Shown: positions 1 through 8,284, counted from the stretch's first letter. The stretch: 32,000 nt of DNA from Moraxella nasovis (GCF_022701215.1 NZ_CP089976.1:300001-332000); one strand, 5' to 3'. A program made the numbers and translations. Notes: generated by a model not told the origin, from the sequence alone.

Positions 1-342
1 ACCGGGGTAGCTTTTATTGTAACGTCTGGCTTGTTTTTTGAGTTTGTCTTGAATTGACTTTTCCACCTTAGCCAGTCTTTTAATCCCAAAACGTGCTTGT
101 TTAAAGCGGTTATTGGTGCTATTTTGGGGTTTAAGTAGGCGAATGCGAGCAAGTTTTAAAACTTTATAAATCGTTGGTCGTGATACGCCATAACGCAAAG
201 CTAGTGAAGTGACATTTTCTTTGTCTGTATGGTAGGCTTGCCATATCGCTTCTCGTTGATAGGGTAATAGTCTGGTATTTTTATGTATGTTCATGGCGTT
301 ATTTTCTCATAAGAGTGTAAATGACGCTAGTTTATATTACAT
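1..342 (-). mobile_element. Window-truncated copy of an IS481-family insertion sequence (transposase 5' end plus about 48 bp terminal region)
   Basis: By direct reading, bases 1-342 match 3472-3813. The segment contains the first 98 codons of the transposase (ATG complement at 292-294). Identity ends at 342/3813, where the flanks diverge. Confidence 0.85.
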
Positions 343-387
343 ATAAATTAAAAAAGCATACCCACCAAAACCCACCAAAAACTTAGG

Positions 388-417
388 TTGTGCTATTGTG
401 GGATTTTTTGATATGAT
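388..417 (+). promoter_or_regulatory. Putative sigma70 promoter for nadK (TTGTGC, 18-bp spacer, TATGAT)
   Basis: Hexamers at 388-393 and 412-417, about 27 bp upstream of the ATG at 444. Motif match only. Confidence 0.3.
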
Positions 418-443
418 ACGCTTTATTTTTGTTGTTGTGTGCT

Positions 444-1421
444 ATGTCAAATTTTGTGAATAATTATCCAAAACGCCCAAAATTTCAGCGTATCGCTTTG
501 ATGGGGCGTGCTGGTAAAACAAGCGTGGTTGAGACTTTAAATGAGCTGATTGCATTATTGAGCGGTAGGGGGCTGTCTATCGTCATTGATACGCAGACAG
601 CGACAATTGAAGACTTGGGCATTGATTTTGATCAAGTAGATGGCAATCAGTTGAAGATTGTACCACGCCAAAAAATCGGTGAGCATTGTGATTTTGCCAT
701 CGTGGTCGGTGGTGATGGCTCTATGCTACAAATGGCGAGCGTCTTGGCAGGGACGGGCGTGCCTGTGCTTGGTGTGAATCGTGGGCGACTTGGATTTTTG
801 GCAGACGTAAATCCTGATGAATTGACCGAGCGAGTAACGCAGGTGTTAAATGGCGATTATTGGATTGCGGAGCGTTTTTTATTGGCATTTAAAATTGTCA
901 ATAATGATGATGACGGCAAACCGACCGATGTGGTGATTCATGAAGATGTGGCATTAAATGACATCGTTCTGCACGCAGGCAAATCGGTGCATACCATTGA
1001 TTTTCAACTAAAAATTAACGGAACGGACGTGTATCGTCAGCACGCAGATGGTCTAATCGTAGCGACACCAACAGGCTCAACCGCTTATTCTTTATCGGCG
1101 GGTGGACCTATCATTCACCCGACCATTGATGCTATTTGTCTTGTGCCTATGCACCCGCACACGCTATCGAGCCGTCCTTTGGTGGTGGCGGGCAGTAGTC
1201 AGCTTGCCATTAACATTCATAAAGACAATCGCACACAGCCAATGGTTGGGGCGGACGGCAAGGCATCAGCACCGCTTGATAACAACCAAACCCTACTCAT
1301 CGCCAAGCATGATAAGACTTTGTTGCTCTTACACCCGCCAAGTTATAGCTTCTATGAGGCGTGTCGCACGAAGCTTAATTGGAATCTGTACAGCGAAGAA
1401 TTTTCCCTAAAAACAGAATAA
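444..1421 (+). CDS. nadK: NAD(+) kinase
   Basis: GGDGSML, NRGRLGFL and ATPTGSTAYSLSAGGPI motifs are typical of NAD kinases. I prefer the ATG at 444 over the TTG at 429 used in the ORF track. Confidence 0.93.
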   Translation: MSNFVNNYPKRPKFQRIALMGRAGKTSVVETLNELIALLSGRGLSIVIDTQTATIEDLGIDFDQVDGNQLKIVPRQKIGEHCDFAIVVGGDGSMLQMASVLAGTGVPVLGVNRGRLGFLADVNPDELTERVTQVLNGDYWIAERFLLAFKIVNNDDDGKPTDVVIHEDVALNDIVLHAGKSVHTIDFQLKINGTDVYRQHADGLIVATPTGSTAYSLSAGGPIIHPTIDAICLVPMHPHTLSSRPLVVAGSSQLAINIHKDNRTQPMVGADGKASAPLDNNQTLLIAKHDKTLLLLHPPSYSFYEACRTKLNWNLYSEEFSLKTE

Positions 1422-1436
1422 GCCCAAGGAAATACG

Positions 1437-1727
1437 ATGAATAAAGAAGACATTCTAAACAGCCTAAATCCCGAAATTGTCGCCAAATTCCGCACCGCCA
1501 TTGAGCTTGGCAAGTGGGAAAATGGTGTGCGTCTTACCGATGAACAGCGTCAGACCTGTATGCAGGCGGTGATGGTGTGGGAGCATGAATACTTGCCCGT
1601 TCATGAGCGCACAGGCTATATCGAAAAACCAAAAGATGATAAGGGCAATACGGTGGGCGAAGAATGCGATGTTGAGCATGAACATCATTATCCTAATGCT
1701 GAGCGACCTGTGAAGTTTAAGAACTAG
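1437..1727 (+). CDS. YeaC-like DUF1315 family protein
   Basis: 96 aa. The N-terminal LNPEIVAKFRTAIELGKWENGVRLTDEQRQTCMQAVMVWE resembles E. coli YeaC. An AAGGAA Shine-Dalgarno lies just upstream, and the gene starts 15 bp after the nadK stop. Confidence 0.8.
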   Translation: MNKEDILNSLNPEIVAKFRTAIELGKWENGVRLTDEQRQTCMQAVMVWEHEYLPVHERTGYIEKPKDDKGNTVGEECDVEHEHHYPNAERPVKFKN

Positions 1728-1745
1728 AAGATGTTTTGACTTTTA

Positions 1746-1782
1746 AAAACCCCTGTTGACTACTTTTGTCAATAGGGGTTTT
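1746..1782 (+). terminator. Rho-independent-like hairpin after yeaC-like gene
   Basis: AAAACCCCT (1746-1754) pairs with AGGGGTTTT (1774-1782). An inner GTTGAC/GTCAAT near-pairing extends the stem. It sits between convergent genes. Confidence 0.55.
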
Positions 1783-1877
1783 AAGCATTGCAAATCTAAA
1801 ATAATACATTCGAAAGATTGGAGTTTTGACATGTGATTGGCAATCTTAATCCAGTTTCTATGATCAGCTTAATAGCA

Positions 1878-2210
1878 TTATTTGGTCAAGGTCTGGATAA
1901 GTGTTAAAACTGCCCTTTTCTGTTCATTAGTCAGTTTTTGCCAAGCCGCATCATAAGAGTTTTGTTGATAATCCACTTTCTTTATACAGTCTTCAAAAAA
2001 ATAGTCAATTGGAGTTTGCAAAAGATTAGCAATTTCAACCAAATGAGCTACATTAATTTTGTTCACACCTCTTTCATATCTTGACAGTTGTTGTTGTGAT
2101 ACATCTAGTAGTTCTGCCATCTTTTCTGCAGACCATCCTTTTTCTTTACGTTTTAATTGAATTCTTTTTCCGATTAATTTATCAATCTGAGTGCTGATAA
2201 TTTGCGCCAT
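1878..2210 (-). CDS. XRE-family helix-turn-helix transcriptional regulator
   Basis: 110 aa. LIGKRIQLKRKEKGWSAEKMAELLDVSQQQLSRYERGVNKINVAHLVEIANLL is a canonical HTH_3/Cro-CI-type motif. The locus is AT-rich. Confidence 0.88.
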   Translation of the reverse strand: MAQIISTQIDKLIGKRIQLKRKEKGWSAEKMAELLDVSQQQLSRYERGVNKINVAHLVEIANLLQTPIDYFFEDCIKKVDYQQNSYDAAWQKLTNEQKRAVLTLIQTLTK

Positions 2211-2225
2211 CTTAAAACCAAGTTG

Positions 2226-2253
2226 ATTTATAAAATAATCTATTTTTGTTCAA
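2226..2253 (-). promoter_or_regulatory. Putative promoter of the XRE gene (TTGAAC, 16-bp spacer, ATAAAT on the minus strand)
   Basis: Plus-strand GTTCAA at 2248-2253 and ATTTAT at 2226-2231. The -10 lies about 15 bp upstream of the XRE start at 2210. Confidence 0.45.
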
Positions 2254-2261
2254 ATTCATAC

Positions 2262-2290
2262 TTGAAAGAAGAGTAATAAAAGTTTATAAT
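2262..2290 (+). promoter_or_regulatory. Near-consensus sigma70 promoter (TTGAAA, 17-bp spacer, TATAAT) for the small-protein operon
   Basis: TTGAAA at 2262-2267 and TATAAT at 2285-2290. A GGAGA Shine-Dalgarno lies at about 2320 and the ATG at 2329. Confidence 0.6.
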
Positions 2291-2305
2291 GTAAAATAAT
2301 TACTC

Positions 2306-2315
2306 ATCTATAGAT
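2306..2315. promoter_or_regulatory. Perfect 10-bp palindrome ATCTATAGAT between the -10 and the RBS; candidate operator
   Basis: Self-complementary as read. A related half-site ATAATCTA (2235-2242) is the inverse of TAGATTAT (2311-2318). Confidence 0.4.
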
Positions 2316-2328
2316 TATTGGAGATTTT

Positions 2329-2511
2329 ATGAGCGATTCTCGTGATGCATTTGGTGGTATTTTTGCTTTGGTTTTCACTGCAGCATCAATAATTCTTCCT
2401 ATTTATTCAGCCATTGTTGATTTTTCTAGTGATAAATTTATGTGGGCGGCAATTGATATTATTATTTTTCCGATAGGTATGATTCGCGGTCTAATGTACT
2501 TATTTAGTTGA
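2329..2511 (+). CDS. Hypothetical small membrane protein (60 aa, two predicted TM helices)
   Basis: Two hydrophobic stretches, GGIFALVFTAASIILPIYSAIV and MWAAIDIIIFPIGMIRGLMYLF. It has a good promoter and SD upstream. I recognise no family. Confidence 0.6.
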   Translation: MSDSRDAFGGIFALVFTAASIILPIYSAIVDFSSDKFMWAAIDIIIFPIGMIRGLMYLFS

Positions 2512-2515
2512 AATC

Positions 2516-2875
2516 ATGAAAAGGTTGGTTTTGACTTTTATTGCCTTATTTTTATTGGTATCTTGCAGTAAACATGATAGAAATAGTATATTTCAAAATG
2601 CTGTTTCAGATGACGAGGTGCGCGAATTATTTATCAAGCGCAATATTCGTGACTGCCAAAGGGGTTTTGTCTTGGGACTGGAGGGTTTGGAAAAAAATTC
2701 AAAAGATTTGTGTGATTGTATTTTGAATGCTACCGCATCCTACATAAAGATTGATGACCTTAGAACGCTAGTTGCACCAACAACCTACCTAGATTATTAT
2801 GAACAAGATAGGTTGAATAAAGAGTTGTATTCAGCTCTAAACTTTGGCATATCCCAATGCTATGGTGGATATTGA
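2516..2875 (+). CDS. Hypothetical lipoprotein (119 aa, Cys-rich)
   Basis: MKRLVLTFIALFLLVSC gives a signal peptide with lipobox L-V-S-C. The mature part has four further Cys, including a CDC pair. It starts 4 bp after the upstream stop. I recognise no family. Confidence 0.65.
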   Translation: MKRLVLTFIALFLLVSCSKHDRNSIFQNAVSDDEVRELFIKRNIRDCQRGFVLGLEGLEKNSKDLCDCILNATASYIKIDDLRTLVAPTTYLDYYEQDRLNKELYSALNFGISQCYGGY

Positions 2876-3813
2876 TGATAATCTTGCAATCTGTTAGGTT
2901 TATTTTATGAGAAAGTGTAAAAACCTCAACTGTTATTTACACTTTGACTAAAATAAAGTTCAAGCCACTCATAAGGTGTTAAAGTTTGAGTTTTGCCTAA
3001 ACTGTCTTTTTTGGTTAAGGCACTATGTGGCTTAACTGTGTTATAGAAGTTAATAAAACGATTTAACTCTTGTTGTCTGTGTTGGTTATCTATGAACTCA
3101 TGTTTATCATGCCACATTTGTAGTAATGTACGTATAACACGCTCCGCTTTACCATTAGTCTGTGGTCTGCCTACTTTGGTAAATTTTTGATTGATGTTAT
3201 TTTGATAACAGGCTTTAACAAATTCATGGTCTTTTGTCCCTTTATACTCTGTGCCATTATCAGAATAAATCACATCAATGACATAAGGACAAGGCTTTAT
3301 CACATGCTCTATTAAAAATTTAGTGGCACTGCATGCTGTCTTGTCAGGCATAATAGTCGCATACAGCTCACGAGAGTAATCGTCAATGGCAACAAATAGA
3401 TATTCTCTTGGGCTTTGTGTGCTCTGCCCTTTAAGTAGTGGTAAGCGTTTGGTATCAACATGTACCATCTCACCGGGGTAGCTTTTATTGTAACGTCTGG
3501 CTTGTTTTTTGAGTTTGTCTTGAATTGACTTTTCCACCTTAGCCAGTCTTTTAATCCCAAAACGTGCTTGTTTAAAGCGGTTATTGGTGCTATTTTGGGG
3601 TTTAAGTAGGCGAATGCGAGCAAGTTTTAAAACTTTATAAATCGTTGGTCGTGATACGCCATAACGCAAAGCTAGTGAAGTGACATTTTCTTTGTCTGTA
3701 TGGTAGGCTTGCCATATCGCTTCTCGTTGATAGGGTAATAGTCTGGTATTTTTATGTATGTTCATGGCGTTATTTTCTCATAAGAGTGTAAATGACGCTA
3801 GTTTATATTACAT
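2876..3813 (-). mobile_element. Complete IS481-family insertion sequence (left boundary approximate)
   Basis: The right end is defined by loss of identity with copy 1 at 3813. The left end is inferred from an inverted 10-mer, TTATGAGAAA (2905-2914) versus TTTCTCATAA (3774-3783). A terminal ATGATAAT (2875-2882) also resembles the complement of ATTACAT at the right tip. No clear target-site duplication was found. Confidence 0.6.
2926..3765 (-). CDS. IS481-family DDE transposase (rve integrase core)
   Basis: 279 aa with an N-terminal HTH (VSRPTIYKVL). DDE candidates are HVDTK, YSDNGTEY and PQTNGKAERVIRTLL. A YNTVKPHSAL motif is typical of the IS481/IS3 superfamily. Confidence 0.85.
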   Translation of the reverse strand: MNIHKNTRLLPYQREAIWQAYHTDKENVTSLALRYGVSRPTIYKVLKLARIRLLKPQNSTNNRFKQARFGIKRLAKVEKSIQDKLKKQARRYNKSYPGEMVHVDTKRLPLLKGQSTQSPREYLFVAIDDYSRELYATIMPDKTACSATKFLIEHVIKPCPYVIDVIYSDNGTEYKGTKDHEFVKACYQNNINQKFTKVGRPQTNGKAERVIRTLLQMWHDKHEFIDNQHRQQELNRFINFYNTVKPHSALTKKDSLGKTQTLTPYEWLELYFSQSVNNS

Positions 3814-3915
3814 CTTAATTAAGTTTAACGTCTTATTAATTAAGAAGACAGCCTAATGAGTTGTCTTTTTAGAATATTCTTAGAATGTATTGAGCCTTGA
3901 TCATACTTTTTATAA

Positions 3916-4893
3916 CTACACCCAACCTATCAGTCTTAAAAGCACCATGCCCACCGTCAGACTTATCATACTAAATACTGTCGTGAATGCTAAGATATTT
4001 GCTGCCAGCACATCGTTACCACCCATTGCCTTTGCCATCACATAGCTTGCTGCTGCCGCAGGACTTGCCACCATAACAAATAGCACGCCAAAATATAAAG
4101 GTGGCAATGCCATCATAACCCCTGTCATTACCGCCACTAAAGGAGCGATGATAACCCGTCCGATACTTGCCTGCATTGACACACCTGATAAGGTGAACAT
4201 AGATTTTACATTTAAAGCTGCACCTGTGCAAATCAAGGCTAAAGGTAAGGCAGTATTTGCCAAAAGCTGTCCTGTATCAGCGATGGGCTTAGGCAGACTT
4301 GGCAAGTCCAAACCTTTATAAACAAAGGCACAAACCAATGCGATAATCAGCGGATTTTTAATAATATTTACAGTGATGCCAAAAAATTGCTGTGATAAAC
4401 CTGCAGAACGCTGCATGCTTGTGCCAGACAATGCAATCACGGCAAGCACGTTATATAAGATGGTAATTACACCCATATACACCGCCCCCACACTCGTACC
4501 AAGCTCACCGTACGCATTGGTCACAACTGACAAGGAAATAATCGCCATATTAGAGCGAAACACCCCCTGCACAAACACACCTTTATCACGCACATCAGGC
4601 ACTCGCCATTTGGCATATGCCACCGAACCAAAAAACAGCACAAAAGTGGTCAAAAACCCTGCACCGATTAACGTTATCTGTTCGCTATAATCAATCTGAC
4701 TTTTAATTACGCTTAAAAACAACAAACAAGGCAAGCAGTAATTAAACACAAGCTTGCTGGCAGTATCCACAAAAGTCTGATTTAGCATGGTAAATCGCTG
4801 CAAGCCAAAGCCTAACGCCATCAAAGCAAGGTTAGGAAATACGATGACCAATGCAAAACTGATTGCCTGTAATACAGTAGTAAACGCCATCAC
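3916..4893 (-). CDS. AEC (auxin efflux carrier) family transporter
   Basis: 325 aa polytopic membrane protein. Its N-terminal pattern and two-lobed hydrophobic architecture are typical of AEC/MdcF-like permeases. Confidence 0.8.
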   Translation of the reverse strand: MMAFTTVLQAISFALVIVFPNLALMALGFGLQRFTMLNQTFVDTASKLVFNYCLPCLLFLSVIKSQIDYSEQITLIGAGFLTTFVLFFGSVAYAKWRVPDVRDKGVFVQGVFRSNMAIISLSVVTNAYGELGTSVGAVYMGVITILYNVLAVIALSGTSMQRSAGLSQQFFGITVNIIKNPLIIALVCAFVYKGLDLPSLPKPIADTGQLLANTALPLALICTGAALNVKSMFTLSGVSMQASIGRVIIAPLVAVMTGVMMALPPLYFGVLFVMVASPAAAASYVMAKAMGGNDVLAANILAFTTVFSMISLTVGMVLLRLIGWV

Positions 4894-5034
4894 ACACCCC
4901 TATAACTACCGCCAACAATAAACAAACTCATCAATTTAGCATCATACCAATAAAATATCTTGTTTTAACGAGTCTATGCGTAACTTTTATGATACAAATC
5001 TAAGCGCAGGTAGGCATCATTTCATCGCTAAGAA

Positions 5035-6915
5035 TTAGAAAGCTGTTTTAGCTTTTTTATTTTTTTTGAGCGTCATCGCAAGCAAACTCACCGCTGCAGG
5101 CGTTACACCGCTGATACGCCCCGCCTGTGCTAAAGTTGCAGGTCTGACATGGCTTAGCTTTTGCACGATTTCGTTAGATAAGCCTGATACTGACTGATAG
5201 TCAAAATCATCTGGAAGTGGCATTTCTTCTAGGCGTTTTAATTGCTCAATTTCGTCATTTTGGCGACTGATATAACCTTCGTATTTTACCCCAATCTCTA
5301 TCTGTTCACCCACATCAGATGATACATCGCTGTCAGCCACTTTAGCGATATCACTAAAGCTGATATTTGGGCGTTTTAATAAATCTAACAAATGATTTTC
5401 TTTGGTTAATATCTCACCTGTATTTTCCATAAATGCTTTACCAATCGCATTATTTGGTGTTGCCCAAATTTCTTTTAGGCGTGCCGTTTCACGCTCAAGT
5501 GCTTCCATTTTTTGGCTAAATACCGCCCAACGTTCATCATCAACCAAGCCAAGCTTTCGTCCGATTGCTGTCAGACGTTGATCAGCATTATCTTCTCTAA
5601 GTAATAGGCGATGTTCAGCACGGCTTGTAAACATACGATACGGCTCTTTTGTGCCATGTGTAATCAAATCATCCACCAACACCCCAAGATAGCTTTCAGA
5701 GCGTTTTGGCGTCCAAGGTTCTTTTTGCTGTACGCTTAGGCTGGCATTAATTCCTGCAAGCATACCTTGGGCTGCAGCTTCTTCATAGCCTGTCGTACCG
5801 TTAATCTGCCCTGCAAAATACAGATGATCAATGGATTTGGTTTCAAGTGTCGGTCTTAAATTTTGTGGGTCAAAATAATCGTATTCAATGGCATATCCAG
5901 GTCGAGTGATATGGGCATTTTCAAGCCCCTTCATAGATCGAATAAAATCAATCTGCACATCAAATGGCAGGCTGGTAGAAATACCATTAGGGTATAGCTC
6001 ATGTGTGGTTAAGCCTTCAGGCTCAATGAAAATCTGATGACTGTTTTTATCAGCAAAACGATGAATTTTATCTTCAATGCTTGGGCAATAGCGAGGGCCT
6101 ACCCCTTCAATCTTACCGCTAAACATTGGGCTTTGGTCAAGATTGGCGCGAATAATATCGTGAGTGCGTTCGTTAGTATGCGTAATGTAGCAGTTGATTT
6201 GGCGTGGGTGCATTGACACATCACCCATATAACTCATCACAGGTAGCGGCGTATCCCCCGGCTGCACTGTCATGACACTAAAGTCCACACTGCGTGCGTC
6301 AATGCGTGCTGGCGTACCTGTTTTAAGTCGTCCGACAGGCAAGTTTAGTTCACGCAATCTATGAGCAAGTGCGATGGACGGCATATCGCCCATACGTCCG
6401 CCATTTTGGTGCTTTAGACCAACGTGAATCACACCACCTAAGAATGTGCCAGATGTCAAAACAGCTGTCTTAGTGGCAATTTTTATTCCAGTGGACGTAA
6501 CAACCGCCACAACTTTACCATTTTCCACCAAAATATCATCACAAGACGCTTGGAAAATGTGTAAATTCTCTTGATTTTCAAGAACTTGCCTAATGGCAGA
6601 TTTATACAGCACTCTATCGGCTTGGGCACGAGTGGCTCGCACCGCTGCCCCTTTTCTAGCATTAAGCACTCGAAACTGAATACCTGCTTTATCGGTCGCC
6701 AGTGCCATCGCCCCGCCCAATGCGTCCACTTCACGTACCAGATGTGATTTACCAATGCCGCCAATAGCAGGGTTACAGCTCATCTGACCAAGCGTCTCAA
6801 TATTATGAGTAAGTAGTAAAGTTTTTGAGCCCATGCGAGCTGCCGCCAAAGCCGCTTCGGTACCTGCATGCCCACCACCGATAACGACGACATCATAACC
6901 GTTTAAAAAGTTCAT
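5035..6915 (-). CDS. mnmG: tRNA uridine-5-carboxymethylaminomethyl(34) synthesis enzyme MnmG (GidA)
   Basis: 626 aa. N-terminal [26 protein letters not shown]-binding motif, [11 protein letters not shown], and conservation along the full length. Confidence 0.97.
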   Translation of the reverse strand: MNFLNGYDVVVIGGGHAGTEAALAAARMGSKTLLLTHNIETLGQMSCNPAIGGIGKSHLVREVDALGGAMALATDKAGIQFRVLNARKGAAVRATRAQADRVLYKSAIRQVLENQENLHIFQASCDDILVENGKVVAVVTSTGIKIATKTAVLTSGTFLGGVIHVGLKHQNGGRMGDMPSIALAHRLRELNLPVGRLKTGTPARIDARSVDFSVMTVQPGDTPLPVMSYMGDVSMHPRQINCYITHTNERTHDIIRANLDQSPMFSGKIEGVGPRYCPSIEDKIHRFADKNSHQIFIEPEGLTTHELYPNGISTSLPFDVQIDFIRSMKGLENAHITRPGYAIEYDYFDPQNLRPTLETKSIDHLYFAGQINGTTGYEEAAAQGMLAGINASLSVQQKEPWTPKRSESYLGVLVDDLITHGTKEPYRMFTSRAEHRLLLREDNADQRLTAIGRKLGLVDDERWAVFSQKMEALERETARLKEIWATPNNAIGKAFMENTGEILTKENHLLDLLKRPNISFSDIAKVADSDVSSDVGEQIEIGVKYEGYISRQNDEIEQLKRLEEMPLPDDFDYQSVSGLSNEIVQKLSHVRPATLAQAGRISGVTPAAVSLLAMTLKKNKKAKTAF

Positions 6916-6972
6916 TTTTTACCTATCTTTATCATGCTTTTATGTATCATTCTTTCACAAAACCACTGTTAA

Positions 6973-7506
6973 TTACACCATTGACTTTGCAAGTACTGTC
7001 ACATCTTTAAACTCATCTTTGCCATTGTGGTTAAAACGACAAACTTGTTGCCAAACACCCCAGCACCCAAATCCAAATTTCTCAAAAAGCTTAATGCTTG
7101 CGATGTTATCGCTAAACACCAACGCCACAACATTGATAACACCTAATTCTTTGGCAATCTTTAGCATATGTTCTAATAAAAGCTTGCCTAAGCCTTGTCC
7201 GATAAACGCCCGATCGACATAAATGCTAATCTCTCGAGTAATTTTATAGGCAGGTAAAGGATGAAATTCACTTAAGCTTGACCATGCGATTAAGCGTTCA
7301 TTTAGATAAACCCCTATAATAGGGCAGGTCTCATCATGCTTGGCAAACCATGCGGTTCTATTTACGATATCGACCTTGTGTTCATTGGCATTAGCTGTTC
7401 TAATGCCTTGATTATAGATACAAGTTAAAGCAGGCAAATCATCTAGCCCCACCGAACGAACTACTAACAGCTCATCGCAAGCAATCGCACTTTTATTCAT
7501 CGCCAC
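6973..7506 (-). CDS. GNAT family N-acetyltransferase (PAT/YncA-like)
   Basis: 177 aa. The acetyl-CoA motif QGLGKLLLEHMLKIAKELG and the overall layout resemble phosphinothricin/L-amino-acid N-acyltransferases. Confidence 0.8.
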   Translation of the reverse strand: MAMNKSAIACDELLVVRSVGLDDLPALTCIYNQGIRTANANEHKVDIVNRTAWFAKHDETCPIIGVYLNERLIAWSSLSEFHPLPAYKITREISIYVDRAFIGQGLGKLLLEHMLKIAKELGVINVVALVFSDNIASIKLFEKFGFGCWGVWQQVCRFNHNGKDEFKDVTVLAKSMV

Positions 7507-7550
7507 TTTTTATCACTTCATTACCGATAGCATGGCATAAAACACACCCA

Positions 7551-7883
7551 TCAAATCAGACCTTCTTGCTTTAGCTGTTCTTTTGCCACATCGGGTAATT
7601 TATCGAGCATGGCAGATTTTAATTTTTCATCGCCCTTATCTAATACCATGTGAATAAGTGGTAACACATCAAATGGTAAATCGTCGGTTTTTTGGGCAAA
7701 GGCGATTAGATAATAAGCTGCCTGCACATCGCCATCTGCCATGACACGATTATAAACCACTTGCCATGACAGCTCACCTGCCCCGCCTGCCATCATAATC
7801 AGATGAATGGCTTGTAGGGCTGTGTTGGGGTTTTCGCATAAGATTAAAATATCATTAGAAATTTTTTTGATTTTTTGAGTCAT
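7551..7883 (-). CDS. Hypothetical protein (110 aa, predicted helical, acidic C-terminus)
   Basis: Open frame with an ATG at 7883. The ORF-track TTG start at 7907 would run into the grxD terminator. I recognise no family. Confidence 0.55.
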   Translation of the reverse strand: MTQKIKKISNDILILCENPNTALQAIHLIMMAGGAGELSWQVVYNRVMADGDVQAAYYLIAFAQKTDDLPFDVLPLIHMVLDKGDEKLKSAMLDKLPDVAKEQLKQEGLI

Positions 7884-7895
7884 TTTAAAAATCAC

Positions 7896-7931
7896 CAAAA
7901 ACGCCAAAAACGGTTATCTTCATAACCGTTT
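7896..7931 (-). terminator. Rho-independent terminator downstream of grxD
   Basis: Perfect 10-bp stem, AAACGGTTAT (7908-7917) with ATAACCGTTT (7922-7931), and a 4-nt loop. On the minus strand it is followed by TTGGCGTTTTTGG. Confidence 0.75.
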
Positions 7932-7948
7932 CTTAGAGCGATTGTCAA

Positions 7949-8284
7949 TTATACTTCAGGGCTGTGTTCTTCAACAAGCGGTTTTAACTCGCCTGATTGA
8001 TACATTTGCAAGATAATATCGCTACCGCCAATCAGCTCGCCACCTACCCAAAGTTGTGGGAACGTTGGCCAGTTGGCAATAAGTGGCAAAGTTTGGCGGA
8101 TTTCTGGGTTTTCTAGGATATTAACGAACGCAAAAGGTCTACCGATTTGGGTTAATACTTCCACCGCACGAGCCGAAAATCCGCATTGGGGAAATTGTGG
8201 CGTGCCTTTCATATAAAGCAAAACGCTGTGGTCTTTGATTTGGTTTTCAATCAAGGATTTAACTTCAGGATTAATGTCGGTCAT
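7949..8284 (-). CDS. grxD: Grx4-family monothiol glutaredoxin
   Basis: CGFS active site in LLYMKGTPQFPQCGFSARAVEVL. The ATG at 8284 is preceded by GGAGA. An alternative ATG lies at 8296. Confidence 0.93.
   Translation of the reverse strand: MTDINPEVKSLIENQIKDHSVLLYMKGTPQFPQCGFSARAVEVLTQIGRPFAFVNILENPEIRQTLPLIANWPTFPQLWVGGELIGGSDIILQMYQSGELKPLVEEHSPEV

Noticed and set aside
361-380. Tandem 10-bp repeat CCCACCAAAA x2 next to the IS end
   Set aside because: There are only two copies and no further structure. Similar A/C-rich strings elsewhere (7891-7910, 10779-10800) are not true repeats. It is too little to call a feature.
429-443. Longer N-terminal extensions in the ORF track: nadK from TTG 429, hypothetical from 7907, ispF from 9474, ppk from 16619, ubiJ from 27732
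   Set aside because: Downstream ATGs align with the conserved family N-termini. They also have better RBS context or avoid overlapping a neighbouring gene or terminator, so I moved the starts to 444, 7883, 9447, 16544 and 27765.
1102-1410. Nested or antisense ORFs of 60-160 aa inside well-conserved genes. Examples: 1102-1410, 1464-1688, 3312-3623, 4373-4690, 6483-6764, 10376-10600, 11006-11323, 12598-12927, 15030-15506, 19339-19578, 23630-23914, 25396-25662, 30959-31210.
   Set aside because: Each lies in an alternative frame or strand of a gene with unmistakable family motifs. Their translations are low-complexity or compositionally odd, and none has a convincing RBS. They are best treated as frame shadows.
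343-2875. Calling the IS-bracketed segment a bona fide composite transposon
   Set aside because: The segment carries housekeeping nadK and yeaC. The left copy is cut by the window, so the outer ends and target duplications cannot be examined. I report only the geometry as a finding.
3844-3870. Hairpin AAGACA/TGTCTT followed by Ts between the IS and the AEC transporter gene
   Set aside because: The stem is only 6 bp with an 11-nt loop. The T-run is on the plus strand, where there is no upstream plus-strand gene, and on the minus strand it is not followed by Ts. Terminator evidence is weak.
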